This document shows, in pieces, positions 1-14,700 of a stretch of DNA of 64,000 bases (positions are counted from its first letter, which is position 1; each line of letters starts with the position of its first letter). Under the pieces are notes generated by a model. The model did not search any database. It was not told the DNA's origin and saw only the letters and a program-made list of their open reading frames with translations. The translations under genes and the position numbers were made by a program. This DNA comes from Enoplolaimus lenunculus (lineage: Eukaryota). The stretch spans positions 124,001-188,000 of the forward strand of contig JASANG010000627.1 in assembly GCA_030248215.1 (NCBI GenBank). Direction: 5' to 3'.

Positions 1-463
1 CCTAAGCAAACAAATTAGTTTAAAGCTTAAGCTTATTCTATTGCAGTTGCACGTCCACAGAACAAACGTTCCGCCGCGATGTTTACATGGACGTTTTTTG
101 AATGTGCATCGAACTGTTTTACCTTAGCATATATGATAAATCAAAAACAGCAATATTCTGTTGATCTAAATACTTAACAGGTTATATTCAGTAAATTTCA
201 AGTTGGTCGAAAATACAACATGTTTTTGTTATTAATTTTTTAAGCTCATTTTGTAATACCTATATTGCTCTCTGTTAATAATTGCTGATTAGAGACCTGA
301 TATAAGCTCAACTCTTCAAAGTATCCGTTATCGAAACAATATGTGTTCACTAGAACTAGTTTCAGGTTGTCCTAAATGTACATCGTTCAAGTTCTTTGTT
401 TACTATGTAAAAGTATATACTGAAGCATGATCAAAGAAATACCGCGTATTCTAGAACCCTTAC

Positions 464-3400
464 CAACACACTGATCGCCAGCAGCTTTGAATCCATCTTC
501 ACATAAACAGTTGTAACCACCTTCGGTATTTTGACACCTCGCGTTTCCAACGCATGCGTTTTCAATATAACATTCGTTTATGTCTAAAACAGCAATTATA
601 TAAGATAAATACTTAGCTAAAAACAGTTTTGATAAATTGTATGAAGGTTAAGTTAACACGGAAGAACCGGATATGGTTCCTTTGGCTGGTTTTAAGCTGT
701 CTAAGGGCCCCATTTTTCGAACAAAGCAGAACACCCTTCATTCGAGTTTGTTATAAAGCGCCCACTTGAACTCGCTCTTATGTCCATGTATAACAATTTT
801 CTGACGTACGCAAAAATAGCAATCCCAATGATTCATGTTGAGATAAATCCTTCAATGGTCCGCACGCCATCCGGCCAAGGCATCTAATTTGGATCTATCT
901 TTTCATTGAATGAAATCAGCTCTATTTTAGCTCTAAGGTTGAGTCTGTTTATCAGATTGTAACATATAGTTGAATATTCTTTTAATGCATTCTGAAATTT
1001 GTACCTGCACAAAATATACCATCACCAGACCAGCCGCGATCACAAATACACGTTGGTTCGTCTTGTAGTATTTGACAATGCCCGTGTTCTCCGCATCTGA
1101 GGTTGCATCCTTGAAATTCTTCGATTCCTGCCGTAACTGTGAACTCAGGCAAAATAACAGTTGGGCTGAAACAAAACCAACAATTAATTCTAATAATTTA
1201 AGCGAGACTTACTTTTTAAAATTGAGCGCACAAAATATAGCAAATTTTAATAAAGCCTATTCAAGACAACTACAATATATATGAGAGCCTTCGCGGATAA
1301 ACTTAAAACGAAATTTTTCTAGAAATCACGGGCATCCCGTAAAAACATGATATTCGACCCAATTGTGATGTTTTTCTCCCAACTTTTGTGTGATCCTTGG
1401 CTTAGAAATTGAAGAAAATGCGAAAACATTTTTAAAACTTTAAATCTCTCTTCATTAGAACGTGATGATATTTCAGTATATAGAATACGTCAGCTCAATA
1501 TTTTTATTTCAAACAAACAAAACCAATTCTCTGCTTTGTTTATTTCACATTTTTTACCAAATATAAAGTCAATCAGAACCAGCACAACAAAGAAAAAAAT
1601 CGACAAAACTACTCAAACTACTTGAAATTCCTCGAGTAAAATATTTGAATATGAATTATAGTCAGACTGAATTATTTTCACTTCTTACTTGGGCGGTTCT
1701 ATGGAAGCTGGTTGCTGTTCAGGAATATTAAACTGTTCATTTGGAACCCGATTTGTGCTCGGTAGCAGCTCAGGGACATGTTCAACGACTACTTCCTGCT
1801 CATCTGTGTCTTTGATGAATTCGTCTGAAAACCAATTGATTGCGCAGGTTAGCATAAAATGTATCTTCCACAATATCATAAGCCACCAGGTAACTTTTGG
1901 GCGTTAGTGGTAGATGGGCACTAAAGCTTTTTTGGCTGCAGTGTATTGGCTATTCAAGCTTAGGCACACTAAAGCTTAAAAACTTCAGTAGCTTGTACAC
2001 TAAAGAAGTTATGGAACAGCTGCAACACAATTCCTGCTCCAGGAAACGTTTTGAAAATGAACCGGTACTAGACACATGAAGTTTTTTGGCTTCGATGGTG
2101 TGCTAGCTACTGAAACTACACACACTGAAGCCAATAAACTTCAATAGCCTGTACATCAAAGACAAAAAAGCTTCTGTAGCCAGCACACTGGAGAAAAAAG
2201 TTTCAGAAACCGGTATACCGACGAAGCCAGCCAGAAAATCTTCAGTGACAACCGCCGACCCATTTCTAAAACGTTACCTTTTTCACGAATGATATTGTGG
2301 AAGTTGCATAAGTACCAATTCAAAAACTATTAATATAATCATTAAGAACTAACCGGTTGCCATGGCCCCTAAATCTTGTCGGCCTCTACCCTATTCTGAG
2401 CAATAAAAACACTTCCAATTGCAATCATGAACAATAGGACAGCTCTACAAAACAACGAATAGTGATCACAGAATTTTGTTTTGGCCTCTAACTTCTTAAA
2501 AAATTTAGTTTTAGGTCCAGTCGAATTTTAGAAACCGATTTTAGTTGCAATCGCCGAGACTTTTTTAGTCCATATTCTTTCAAACCGGGTGTTAAGAAGG
2601 AACGTCTAAACATGGCCCTATACCTGGTCCGTCAACTTGAGACGTAACAACACGGTGAACTGCATCCAACGCATGCTCAAACAGTTTCGGCTTTAGCGAT
2701 GTTTTATCGATCTTTCCTTGGCGACTGCCACCTACAACTTGGGGTAACAACGGATGACTGCCAGGAGTTAACTCGGGTACTATCAGTACGCCATTTTCGG
2801 AGCCTGGAGGTCGAGTTACTAACTCGAGAGGCGGTTGCGGGGGATTGCCGATGAGTTGAACTCGATTTTGAGGCACAACGCTCTGGGTTCCAACCCCGGT
2901 GTGCCCAGTAGCAGGTGGTGAATGGTTGGCGAGCGAATGAGCTAAAATGAAATATATCAATGAAAGATTCGAAGAATTCTTCATTCAGGACTTGGTTTTG
3001 ATTAGAAAATATTTAGAAAAATAACTAGTTTCACATTATAGCAGACGTTTTGGAAGACATGATGCATAGCACAAACAGTGACATTATGTTTAGCATAAAA
3101 ATAATCTTTAAAGAAAACTAAATGATAAATACTAATCGTCCAACTTTGCGCAATGTACAAAATTGCTCAGCGAATGCATAAAAATATGTATAAAAGTTTT
3201 CTAATTACGGAACAATTACGTTTATGTGCTTTGAATGAAACTATTGTAAACAAAGTATGTTGGAAACTTGCCCAAAACACGTATATGGGGTGTTCCAATT
3301 TCAATTATATAGATAATTTCGTTCCAACAACAAATGGTCATTTACGCATTGTGAGAAACAGTTAAACTGCCTATTATTTACGATTAGACTTTGGATTATA

Positions 3401-6400
3401 TTAATGACAGATCACAAATAATGAAAATATTAAGTCTAATACCTGCACCATCGTCTCGACAGCCTTTAGTCTGATTGTTAAAGCCAGTTAAGCACGTACA
3501 AATATACGATCCAGGAGTGTTAATACAGTCCGGTGTACTGCCGTCACAGCTCGCAATTCCTAATTCACATTCATCAGAATCTGAAATCATCGCATGCAGT
3601 CAAAAATTTCAAAACCAAATCACAAAAGAAGGTCTTCCTAAGATGAAGCTCTATATAGCATTAAAGCCGTATAGAATTGAAACCTTTAAGAAAACTAAAT
3701 TTCAGCCTTCGGATTTGTCAGAGAGCTGGAAGAAATGAATCCTTTCTCGATAATTTTGTAGTTCAACTTAGCCTTCTCAGTAGCATCCAAAGTGGATGCT
3801 GCATGCTTCAAAAGCAGAATGCCATTGGGTACATTCTGTGCACTGTGTACGAAAGAATGTTCCCTGCACGCGTTGCGTTTTTGGCCTGCACCCGTTATTT
3901 AAGGGGGGGTCAAGTTTACCAAAATTTTCTAATTCTGCGCGTTGAAATGTTCCAATTGTAAACCTACTCCGCTTATACCTTTAAAAAGCATGCGAATTCT
4001 ACGTTTCAAACATTTACCATTTCCTCTAAATAAGGTAGGTTGTTGGTCAAAAAACGCAACGCGTGGTGATATATTTTGTACCACACACTTTTTACTAAAG
4101 TGGCACACTCTTGTAAGAAAAGATTATCGAGTCTTGGAAGAATTAAGAGTATATATTAATGGCAGAGTGTAACAGTTAGCCCCAATCGGCATTACATGTT
4201 TGAAGCATCACGCTGCCGAAATGCAGCCATTTCTAATTGAAGGGTGGGTGTTAACATGAATATATTTCTACAAAATATCCACCATGGACATTAAATGCGT
4301 GTCCCGCTGCGATCCTATGTTCATACACGTTAAGTATACCCCATTCCTAGTTGAAGAGATGGTGCCGCACATTTGGGGCCTCCTCTCAGTGAATATATAC
4401 TCTTGGTAGAGCGTATAATTTTACGAATATCGCCAATTTTTCGTGTAAACCTACCTACCCAGCTTGCAAATCAGTATTTACCCGACGATTTTATAAAAAT
4501 TACGAGATTGAAACGGGTCACATGCCTCCGGCAGACCGAACCTTGATTGACAGGTTTGGGTTCTAGTTTGGGATAAGATGGCTAGGCAGCATAAGTAACT
4601 AAATTTGCTCACCTTTATCGCACGCAGGTGGATTACTCCATCCTTTGTCGCAAATTGGATTTCCGGTCGGACAGTATCCGTTGACAGCATTGCATACGCG
4701 TTTTTCAGCGCAATGACACCGGTTTTTACAATCGTACGACCATTCGCCTGGTGCACATTCTAAAATTTTCAGTAATAACGAAACGGGCCCGTAGTAATAG
4801 GGGAATCAAAAGGAGCGCAGCTCCCCGGGAAAAATTTTGCCCCCTAAAAAATTTCAACCTTGCTTGTAGGTCATTGAAAACCCTTGTATGCTCCTCCTGA
4901 CAAATTTGTTAGCCCTCCTACCAAGGTAGAGTGGCGACGGATCTGAACCATAAATGCAAAATTTAAAAACCTTATTTGGTTCCTAAACTTTTAAACATAA
5001 TTTTAAGTCTTTTTAGTGTTACTCGATCAATCAGTTCAGACATGAATATTAAGCCAAAGGATTTGAAATTTAATAAACAAATTTTGAATCTCAATAATGT
5101 TAAAATTACTCCGCCCTTAACGGCCACAATAAACGCTTTGGCTGGGTTTAATTCAGTTAAACTGACGTTCAGATTGCGCCACGCGTGCGTTGTTTGTTCA
5201 ATATTTTTCAAACATGAATGATGTTTATTCAGCTTTCGTCAAATAAACTTTGCGGGAAATTTCACCATGCATCGCATTTTTTACCTGTCTGTATCCCTTA
5301 ACCGTGAAACGGATGTCCAAAAGTAGCTTAACTAAAATCTTGATAGCAGTCCCCGAGAGAGCACCTACAGCTCACAGAATAGGATCCACATAATTTACAC
5401 TTTCGAGCAATATCCATATTATTCACGATCAGCTTACTATTGATGCACTCCAAGCCTTTGTATCCAGGCCCACACAGAGCAATACTTGCAGCGTCAATTT
5501 TGAACATCCATTCACCAGGAATACCAATATCACTCTCGTTTGCCAAAAGTATTACCTGAGGTGTCCCTGAGCCAGGAAGACTAACGTGGTCATAACCGTT
5601 GCCTCTGTTAAAACCAGCCTGCAATCAGTAGAAACATTCTGAATTTTGTTGAAAATAAACTAAAAATATATAGCGAAAACTTCGCAATCAGTATGCAGAG
5701 CCCAACAAGGGTGTCACCTACAAAAAAGCACAATATGTAGTCGTGAGAAAAGGCTCGCGAGCGAACCGAACGAGAAGCAAAACTCAGCCTTTGCATTGAA
5801 TCCTGATACAAAATGTTACTTTCAAAATCCACATGGGTCCTCTTGCAGAGACCATGTGACATAGAAATCGGAATTTGTTGCACTTATTGCAATCCGGTTC
5901 ACATTTGTCGTACAACTTTTCAAGATACAATTTGAAACCAAATTAAAGTTCAAAGCTGACACCAACTATTTTTTATACGCTTAAAACAAAATATTCGACT
6001 TTCACAGTGAAAAATTGCTTAATTATGTGCTTTAGTTTAAAATCCCCCACTTGGAAACTCCAATGTAATTTTCGGACAGCGCCCATATTTGGGGTCATTT
6101 TGTAAAATGGGGCCGTTCAACGGAAGATCAATGCTGCAACTCAATTTATATGAACACAAAATAAATGTTAAACGAAAGTTCTGCAACCAGATCGAAATCC
6201 GTTGCTTTCATTTCTGTTAATCTGTTATTTAACACCGCACTTGTTATCTTAGGTTTCTACGAATATTACTTAATAATACTATGTCGTCCAACTTTGGGCG
6301 ACGCGCAAAAGCGTTAGCGAATACACAAAAATCTGTATGCAGAACTCCTGATTACAGAACAATGATCGTCGCGTGTAAGTGCTGTGAAACAATTGTATCA

Positions 6401-9400
6401 ACGAAGTATGCTGGAATGTTGTCCAAAATACGTAAGTGGGGTATTCCGGCTATAAATATATGGATGAAAACAAAATTAGAACAGAACCACAGTTTCTACA
6501 ATCTTCTCATCTAATAAACCTACCACAGCTCGGTTATGCCATCTTAGCTTGCTGTACACCACGTGCGCGAACGTACCATTGTTACTCAAAATCAACGCAA
6601 CTTGAAACATATTACGTTCCTATAAGTATTAACTATGCCACTACTCTAACGCCGCCAGATATTAACAACACTAAAGTCCCTTAAGAAGGCCAGTATCAGG
6701 GTTGCACCACGGAGCATCGATTTTACCGAATCTGAAACTGATTCCAAATGGAAATTTTGGCTTCGAAAAATCTTATATGCAAAAATGTTTTTAAAAATGA
6801 AACTACAGCCACTTTACATGCCGACTAATCAAAAACCTGATGCAGGCAATAGAAACATGTGAAATTTAAATATTCGAAACCCGAATTCATTGAAATACGC
6901 ATTGAGCTGAACACCCGCAAGTAATAAAAAATTTGAGAAATGGTTTCGTCTGTTCCCTCAATGTCAAGAGCATATTCGAATTTTGCCGGATTCGACTTTT
7001 TCGAAACCGATTCCGGATACGATTCCGTCCCGGACCCGTAGCCAAAAAGAACCAGGGTGGCTCAGCCTTCCCTGGAAAATTTTTGGCTTCCCAAGACAAT
7101 TCTCAACATTGCCTGTACGTCATCAAAAATCCTTGTATACTTCACCACAGAAATTTTAGCCCCCCCCCCTGCGAGGTGAGCTGGCTACGGGCATGTTATG
7201 AATCTTCAATTTATGGCCAATCTAAAACCAAATTCGAACTTTTGTTACCACCCCAGCTAGTATATATAGTTTTGTAGTAGGCATGGCATCAGAGTGTGTA
7301 AAGCACTCCTAAGGAAAGAAAACCACCATAATAAAAGGTGATAAAAAATTTTAATAAGCGGGCTTAAACAATATTACAACATTCATGCATGCAAACCCGC
7401 AGGGTTTGTGATGATCTAAGCAAGTTTGAAAGTTTTCTGTGGGTAGGGCAAACTTTTTTCTGGAGGAAATTGAGCCCTTCCTGACCAATCTGACACCAAA
7501 ACTATTTAACGGGTACCGCGACATTTTGTCGCCCAGACAACGTAACAACCAATATCTCGTAACTCGACATCTCTTAGATCCGCCTTTTTTCTGGCTGATC
7601 AAATGAGATGCTTCCGTTGCTAGCCACCTCAGCAATTGCATGCCTAGCTAGACACATTGGTGATATGGCTGATTTGGTGCCGTAGCTACAACATATATAC
7701 AATTCGCAAAAAAATAATTGTTTGTTTCTCCATGAATATTCCTTGCGTCAACACCATTGATAGACTAAATAAGTAAATACTACTAACATTAACAGGTAAA
7801 TTGCGAGGTGAATCTGACGGCGCAACGTTATCCCATGTCACGACAACAACTGAATCAGGCTTAAACGACACCGGATATCCGTATTGAATTTGAACTTCGT
7901 TTGACGCCAACGAAAGCACGTTATCATCTGAAAAGATTTTCAAGTTGAAAAAAATTAATTTTATTCACAAACTAAAACTTAATGTGATTTCTGTTGCGAA
8001 ATCAAGACTTTCAATAATTTCAACAAAAGCACAATCGTAAACTTATTTTTTATTCGGTTAAACTCTATTTGCAAACAGCAACTACAGTTCTCTAAATCCT
8101 TATGTGGGTGTATATAATAGCGCTTGACTCAACCCGCAAAGTAGCAAAAGGTATACGAGGATAAGCACGGGTCGGGTAAAGAATATCAGACATGGATACA
8201 GCCGCGGGTAAACTTTTGTATACGAGGGTAAAGCAATTAACAGTCGTTACCCGCTTGAAAAAGTTAAAAGACAATTTTAAAATTTGGTTGTTGTCAGTTA
8301 ATCTCCTGTGTTATTCCCGAGTGTCAATTATACTTGGGCTTGGCATTTTGTTGTTTTGGTTAAAGTTTCATCTGTAAGTTCATTAGAGCCATAACGGAAA
8401 AACACAGTTTACAACCAAAGCCGTATCGAAATTTGAATAGTGCCGATAAACATTTCGGCAGCAAGTAAAATGTTGGTTGCGTGTAGAAGTTATTGGTTCG
8501 GGTATACTGGCGGGTGAAAAATTGAAAATTTTTTATCTGTGCGGTTCCATCGCGGCTCAGGTATAAAATTCTTTACCCAGAACCCGCTCTGGTATAAAAT
8601 CAAGTAGAACAAAACAATTTTCTTTGCTAATCTCAATTTGGTACTCAACAATAGTCCTCAATCCTAATTTCAAATTCGTTCCAACAAGCAAAACAAGCCA
8701 ATTGACGCTACCTCTTGTTTCACGGTAAAACACTCGTCCAGATTGGCCAAGGCTCACCGGCGTCCAGTACGGAGCAATCACTTTTGGACCCAGTGGAAAT
8801 AGTTTGATCCGGCTGACTGGCATGTCTTCAGTGAAAAATATTGCCCCGTCTCTTGAGATCTAAAAACCATAATTAACATCTGATCTCGTATTCGTAAACT
8901 TTGCTTGTAATTCACGAGCTCGTGAATTTTTAAAGTTATAGCTATCTGGTTATATGCACTATAAACTCAAATATTACATGTTGTCCACGCAAAGAATTTC
9001 ACCACTAAACTAAGATACATTTTTAACGAATTCAGTGACGTTATTTTTTTCACCTGCTAACCAAAAGTTAAACTATTAAAAATGACACAAAAAATTAATT
9101 TTAAAACCTTTGACGTACCGATATTTCATTGAACGTATCACCAAAATACACCACCGGATTGCTCAGCCGAAATCGCACGGCATACTGATCCGGATCAAGC
9201 GCGTAGTCTCCACGATCGATCCCATACGCGTACGTTCGAGCGCTGAATATGAATGGCACACTGAAATTCAATTCAACCGTTTGTGACGGGTCGAGCGTTC
9301 CAAATGATTGCCGCTTCTGGCGTGTGAGATCTAAAATAAAAAAAATGAAATACATAAGTTTTTGGAATTTTTCATGAAGTGCGAGGACCAGGAAATTCAA

Positions 9401-11745
9401 AATTGAACATTTTGTGTCATGCAAACATGAGATAGAGAATCATAAGTAGTTTTGTTTAATGTTTTAGTAATTTCTTGTTTAGGTCGCGCGAAAAGTGAAA
9501 CGGGAAAAACGAAATAATTTATTGTCAATTTTCTATGCTGTTACCTAGGTTTGTTTATATACCAATTTATTGCATTGGTTTACATAAAATAAGTACCACA
9601 ATTTGACGGCACGTGCTCAAATTTACGTAGGCGTTCCAACTAAATTACAATAGATGTGTAATTTTACTAAAAGTTCGGAAGATTTATTCAGCCGTTGTTC
9701 TTTAGTTAAAATTTGCTTAAATTTGAGTGATTAAAAGCTAAAAATAATAATTGGTGTTAAAGTTTTGCGAACTATGAGTAGTGTTTAGGTTTTCAGTTTT
9801 ACAGCTGTTTAGAATCATTATTTTTGATTTGCATAACTTCTGTTATTTACTTAGCCAGCCAACCATACAAAAGTGCAACCATTTCCAACGAGTTCTCAAC
9901 CAAGTTATGCACCGCACAACGTTGGCGACACAAACACGCAGCCAAAAATTCACTTCAGGAAAGTAGAAGTTTATTTTTTACTCTAGAATCCAGCATTCTA
10001 CAACCATTAATAGTACCTATTTTGTGGTCTTCGCAGAGGTTCAGGGAACGAGATATTTCTTATATCTCTCCCCAAGCATGCGCTCCTATGAAGAGGAGCA
10101 ATATTTTTGAAAGTTTAAAAAAATTGAAAAATGATTTAAAATCAAATTCACATATTTTACTGAGAGCAGCAATTTTCGCCGCAATTCTCAAATTAAAAAT
10201 CAAATGTGATCGATCAAAATTAAACATTTCAAAAAATCTCCTATTAAAAATTTAAAATTCATCGTGGCGAAGGGCATAGGTCACGGTCGGCGCTTCAATA
10301 AACACAACTGAGACGATCATATATGAGAGTGGAAGATTTCAACGATTTAACACTCACAAATATACTCGGCCAAGTTTTTTCCTAATTTTATTAAATTTCA
10401 AAACTTTCTGCCTTTTATCGCAGTATTTCAAAAGTTGTTTTCAAGTCCATAAATTGCAAAAACGTCAAAATTTGAAGTCATTGAAACATTTAAGTAAATT
10501 TCAAATTAACAGTGCTATACTGTAGTGACCCGAATAAGAGGAGGGTCGCCATTTGGAGTCCCAATCAATAGGAGACCGTATCCCTAATAAGAGTCCGTAA
10601 GCGGATAGGGTCCCTAAACCCTAATTAGGGTGCATAAATCTCAATTATCCCTAATTGTAGTGCATAAATGACTCCAGGACCAAATAAAGATGAGTTCGAA
10701 ACTTTAAAGCGTACTTAAGTTTTGAAAATACATTTCTAAGTATAACCTTATATTACCGCTCAAACATTTGATACGAGACAGATAAACGTTTAATTCAACG
10801 GATAGTTGCAATACCGGATATATATCGGTAACGAAGGGCGCTGGAGGGCGGATTAAAATAAATAACAGTCCGTAACCGAATACCAGGGGGGTAGCCTCTG
10901 GAGAGGCCAAATAAATATCAGTCCAACACTGTTATTCGGGTCACAGTATCCACGACGTATACATTATAGACCGGTACCGAATATCCTGATATGAAAAATA
11001 TTCGGATATTTATCTGAAATAAAATAGATATCCGGGTCCGCTTCAAACAACGCATAACTTTATTGTCAAAGAATATCACTACCGGAACGTACAAGATTCA
11101 CACATACAACACACTTCAATGGTCATTAGCTTCTACTAGAATATACTTAGTGAAAATAGAAAATTAAAATTATATACAAGGTTCATTATGCATAGGAAAC
11201 CCGGGTATAAAACGTGTATGTATTTTCCCTTACAAAGTTTACAACTTTGAAATTTTGCAACTATTAAACGACCTGCCCCGGTAAATTCAATTTGACGCTG
11301 TTTAAAATGGCATATGATATTGGCGTACGACAATCACGACCAGGAGTCTGAGAGACTCGACCAAACCTAAACCGACAATTATTTTTTTATTACATACTTT
11401 AATTCTTGATCAGATACGTTCAACACAGCTCGATAGTAATAACCTAATTTTCGTAACGGAACCACAACATTTTTGTAATCTTCCCTTCTGACTTGAACCA
11501 ATTTGAAACTGTGGCTCCGGTTTTGATTTGACACATAACTTACCTTTGTTTGTATAACGAGAATGCCGAAATAACTTTGCACAGTTAGCGTGTTTTCCAT
11601 CGCCGGATGTAAAATACGTAAACGTAGCAATCCAAATTAGTAATTCGAAGCCAAGACGAATGCAGCCGTTGCGGAACCATGGAACGGGTACACCACAGAT
11701 ATAAGATGGCGTACAAGTGAAACGTTTCGTATTGCTCACTTTCAT
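464..11745 (-). CDS. Spliced gene for a NIDO-domain + EGF/cbEGF extracellular matrix protein (DEX-1/nidogen/SNED1-like architecture); 3' end not resolved, probably continues past the left edge
   Basis: Phase-compatible GT-AG exons: 11544-11745 (hydrophobic signal-like segment LGFELLIWIATFTYF), 9119-9330 (RQKR furin-like site), 8712-8859 (VIAPYW..GRVFYRET), 7794-7927 (VVVVTWDNV), 6524-6619 (NMFQVALIL..FAHVVYSKLRW), 5438-5618 (AGFNRGNG..LPGS..IPGEWMFKID; together the NIDO signature), 4613-4759 (Cys-rich EGF), 3443-3580 (DSDEC..CINTPGSYICTC, cbEGF), 2624-2941 and 1689-1824 (Pro/Glu-rich linker), 1005-1165 (EGF, CICDRGWSGDG), 464-583 (DINEC..CQNTEGGYNCLC, cbEGF). Confidence 0.88.
1915..2260. repeat. 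Degenerate minisatellite-like intronic repeat
   Basis: Recurrent CACT(G/A)AAG and TTCAGTAGC-like motifs in both orientations; stops in the phase required for an exon. Confidence 0.5.
4784..4945. mobile_element. Short GGCCCGTAG...CTACGGGCC-type MITE; related copies at ~7030-7196 and ~16283-16418
   Basis: Three dispersed ~140-165-bp copies share ends and the internal AAAACCCTTGTAT..CTCCTGAxAAATTT segment; TSDs not preserved. Confidence 0.65.
10520..10946. mobile_element. Tc1/mariner-type MITE (TA TSD), copy 1
   Basis: TA|CTGTAGTGACCCGAATAA...TTATTCGGGTCACAG|TA; similar over its whole length to 22935-23363. Confidence 0.85.
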
Positions 11746-14700
11746 ACTAAGGGCCTAGCTGCTAGGAAACGGGTATTAAGACACATTATGCAGTAAAGCG
11801 TAAACAATCATAAGCCGGTTGCACTATTGATGCATATATGCTGGTTATTTTTTTGCTATATTTAGCTCTTTTATCTAAAAATTAAACATGATTGCTTGTA
11901 GAATTAAATAACGAAGCATCAATCGTTTAAATAACTACTCTAGAAGTTTTTTTGCTCTAAACGCAATAATAAGGGTTCTTCACAGTGTAAGACTCTATGG
12001 TTTGGTACAAATAATCCAAAGACGGGTATACAACATTTTAGGTTTTTAGTGGTTGAGATAGGTTAACATTAATTATACCAGCATTCAGACAGACACGACA
12101 CAAGATATATACTTCAGATAATCAACGTAACACTAACACTGGCGTATTCAAGAACGGCTCCGCTGGTTTTCGCTTTGAACTAGGATCAAAGCCAACATTT
12201 TGTACTTAGCACTAAAAGTGCGTTTGGGCTGTTGCTTCCTTTACTCGCGAACTTTTTTTCCACTATTGCATATTATGGTGTACCCTTCGTCACAAATTTT
12301 TGGATTCGATATACAAGGCACGAAGAGTAGTTTTTTATTCCACGTCAACCTTTACACACCCCTTCTAAATAGATATTAAAACTGCAGATTCGTACTTGTT
12401 GACCCTATACTAAGTACTTATGCATACGGTCGCGCTGTTCTATACCGCAGTAGTTTACCTCTCCCCCTCAAGACAAGATGAGCTGATTTTAGAATATAAT
12501 CTTGAACTTTATCCATGGAAGACTATAGGTGTCGACACCCCCAGCGTTATTCTTTCTTGTCTCAATTATAAATTTTAATACTTCCTCTTGCAAATCAATG
12601 CAAGGCCGTATATATGGGTGCGGGTGAAATGGATGGAATGCATAAACCTTCCGGATTTTTTACAAACAACAAATGGTGCTAGTAAAGGCTACAGAATAAC
12701 CGTATAGATACTAAAGGTAAAAAAATCATTACATAAGGTTATATGCCATCTCGAAGTCCTGCTTACGACCCTTTTAGATCAAATGGGTGTATTAGTATGA
12801 TGAACTCATTTATATATTTTTTATGTAATGTCTAAAGAACACGGATATTCTAGAAACGCAGAAAAATAAAGTTTCTGCTCGCGGCAGTTTGCATCCCATC
12901 TTGCGTTTAAAATACGTTTGAGAAAAAAGTGATTTTTTTCACAAAAATACAAAGAATGTGAGTGTTAAATAGGAATGAAAAATTGTTCAAAATGTTAAAG
13001 TATAATCAATACCGGAGTGTTGTAATTACTTTTTTGCAACGCGCGGTACCTCGGCGTCGAGCGGCGGCGAACGGCGCTGTCCGGTGACGCGCTACGACGA
13101 ACGACGGCGTGCGGGCGCTGTTCGGCGTCGTGCGGCAGCAAACGGTTGTGGACGGAACAGAAAATCGTAGTATAATTCGTATTCTTTATATGAATACATA
13201 CAATTTGGTGATACCAGATTAGTATATAGGGATATTCAACCTTGGTTTTTGAGAAAAACGTATAATAAACATGATCGTTTTAAATCATTAATCAATATCT
13301 TGACTCTGTATTTATGTAAAAAATTGCTCAAGGAATGCATGAGGGTGCAGGCTACATTCTTTGTAAATATAAGCCGGCGCCCATCACAATGACAATATTT
13401 GTTCACCTGGTATCAGGGGCGTACAAATTCGAAAGTTACACGAACTAGTATACCCCAAAACATAAGGTTTGATTGTGATTTTGTTTTAAACAATAACGTT
13501 CACTGGAGGATAAATCGGAGCCACACAAGCCATGCACCCCAACAGGGATAGGAACGAAACTTTTGTATTAATAGCATTTACTACTAAAATTTCGTGGGTC
13601 AAAAATTTCTGGTTTCCGTCACTGTTAATGTTTAATTGTATATTTTAAAAAAAGGTACAATTAAACCCTACCTTGACAAAAAAGTCAAGTTCAATGAGTG
13701 ATTCAACATTTGTCAACTGTTTGAAACTCTGTACACTCGCAAAATATGGAAACAATTTTAATTTTTAAATTCTATTAATATTGTACTACGAGGACAGCTC
13801 TACCTCGTTCCGCTTATAGCGTTGAATATAAGCTGTTGCCTGTATTAAAACATAACGTGATATATTTTTGAAATATAAATTATTTATAGTTGACCGCTGT
13901 CGTTAAATTCAACCTGTAAAGCGTGCATGTACGACGCGAAAATCGCTGTCAAACACAAAAGGGCACCAATGCCATTGATTACGAATAGGAGCAAAATTAA
14001 AATTTTGTACTAAGATTTAACACTAAAATAGCGATTTGCTTTTTGCTCGCTTCAGTCGCGAGCTGTTCTGATTATACTACGTGCGATCCTCGTCAGAAAT
14101 CTCCGGAAGCATCACATGTGGTCAGTGTATCATTTTAGTAGGGTATAACAAAATTGCTTCGCAAGTATGAGAAGCGAGCGAAAAAATCTACTTGCACTTT
14201 AAGGTAGTTTCTACTCCTAAAACCTGTAAACCGGCCTATTATTTTTCGAGCTACAGGAGTTGGGAGTATAAATTAAGTGGATGGCTTTTTGCAGGACACC
14301 CCCCAGTATAAATAAAAGTGGAAAATTTCAAATTTTAAACTGAAAAATTTTCGATTATCTTTTTTCAAATATTATCGTTGAAAAAAGTTCAATCTATAAG
14401 TTGCGATGTGTAATATTTGGATGGAAATAGGTTACAGCAAAAACTATTGATGCTTTCTGCAATCATGAGAGTATACGGATAAAACGTTAACGTTTTTAAA
14501 ATCGTATGTGACTCTACGGGAGAGCTCGGCTCGTAGCCAGCTCAGCATACAACGGGAAGCAAAAAACTTCAATGTGAAGGGCATGCGGATATTCAATATC
14601 ACAGCTGAGCTGTTATAAGAGAATGGGAAAATGTTTTCTAGAGGGCTGCGTATTCCATAGCCATAGTACTTCACAACGGGTTGTGCCATATTTCATTTAC

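Noticed and set aside
14444..14689. 81-aa ORF as an alternative first exon of the NIDO gene
   Set aside because: No convincing donor site or recognisable protein features.
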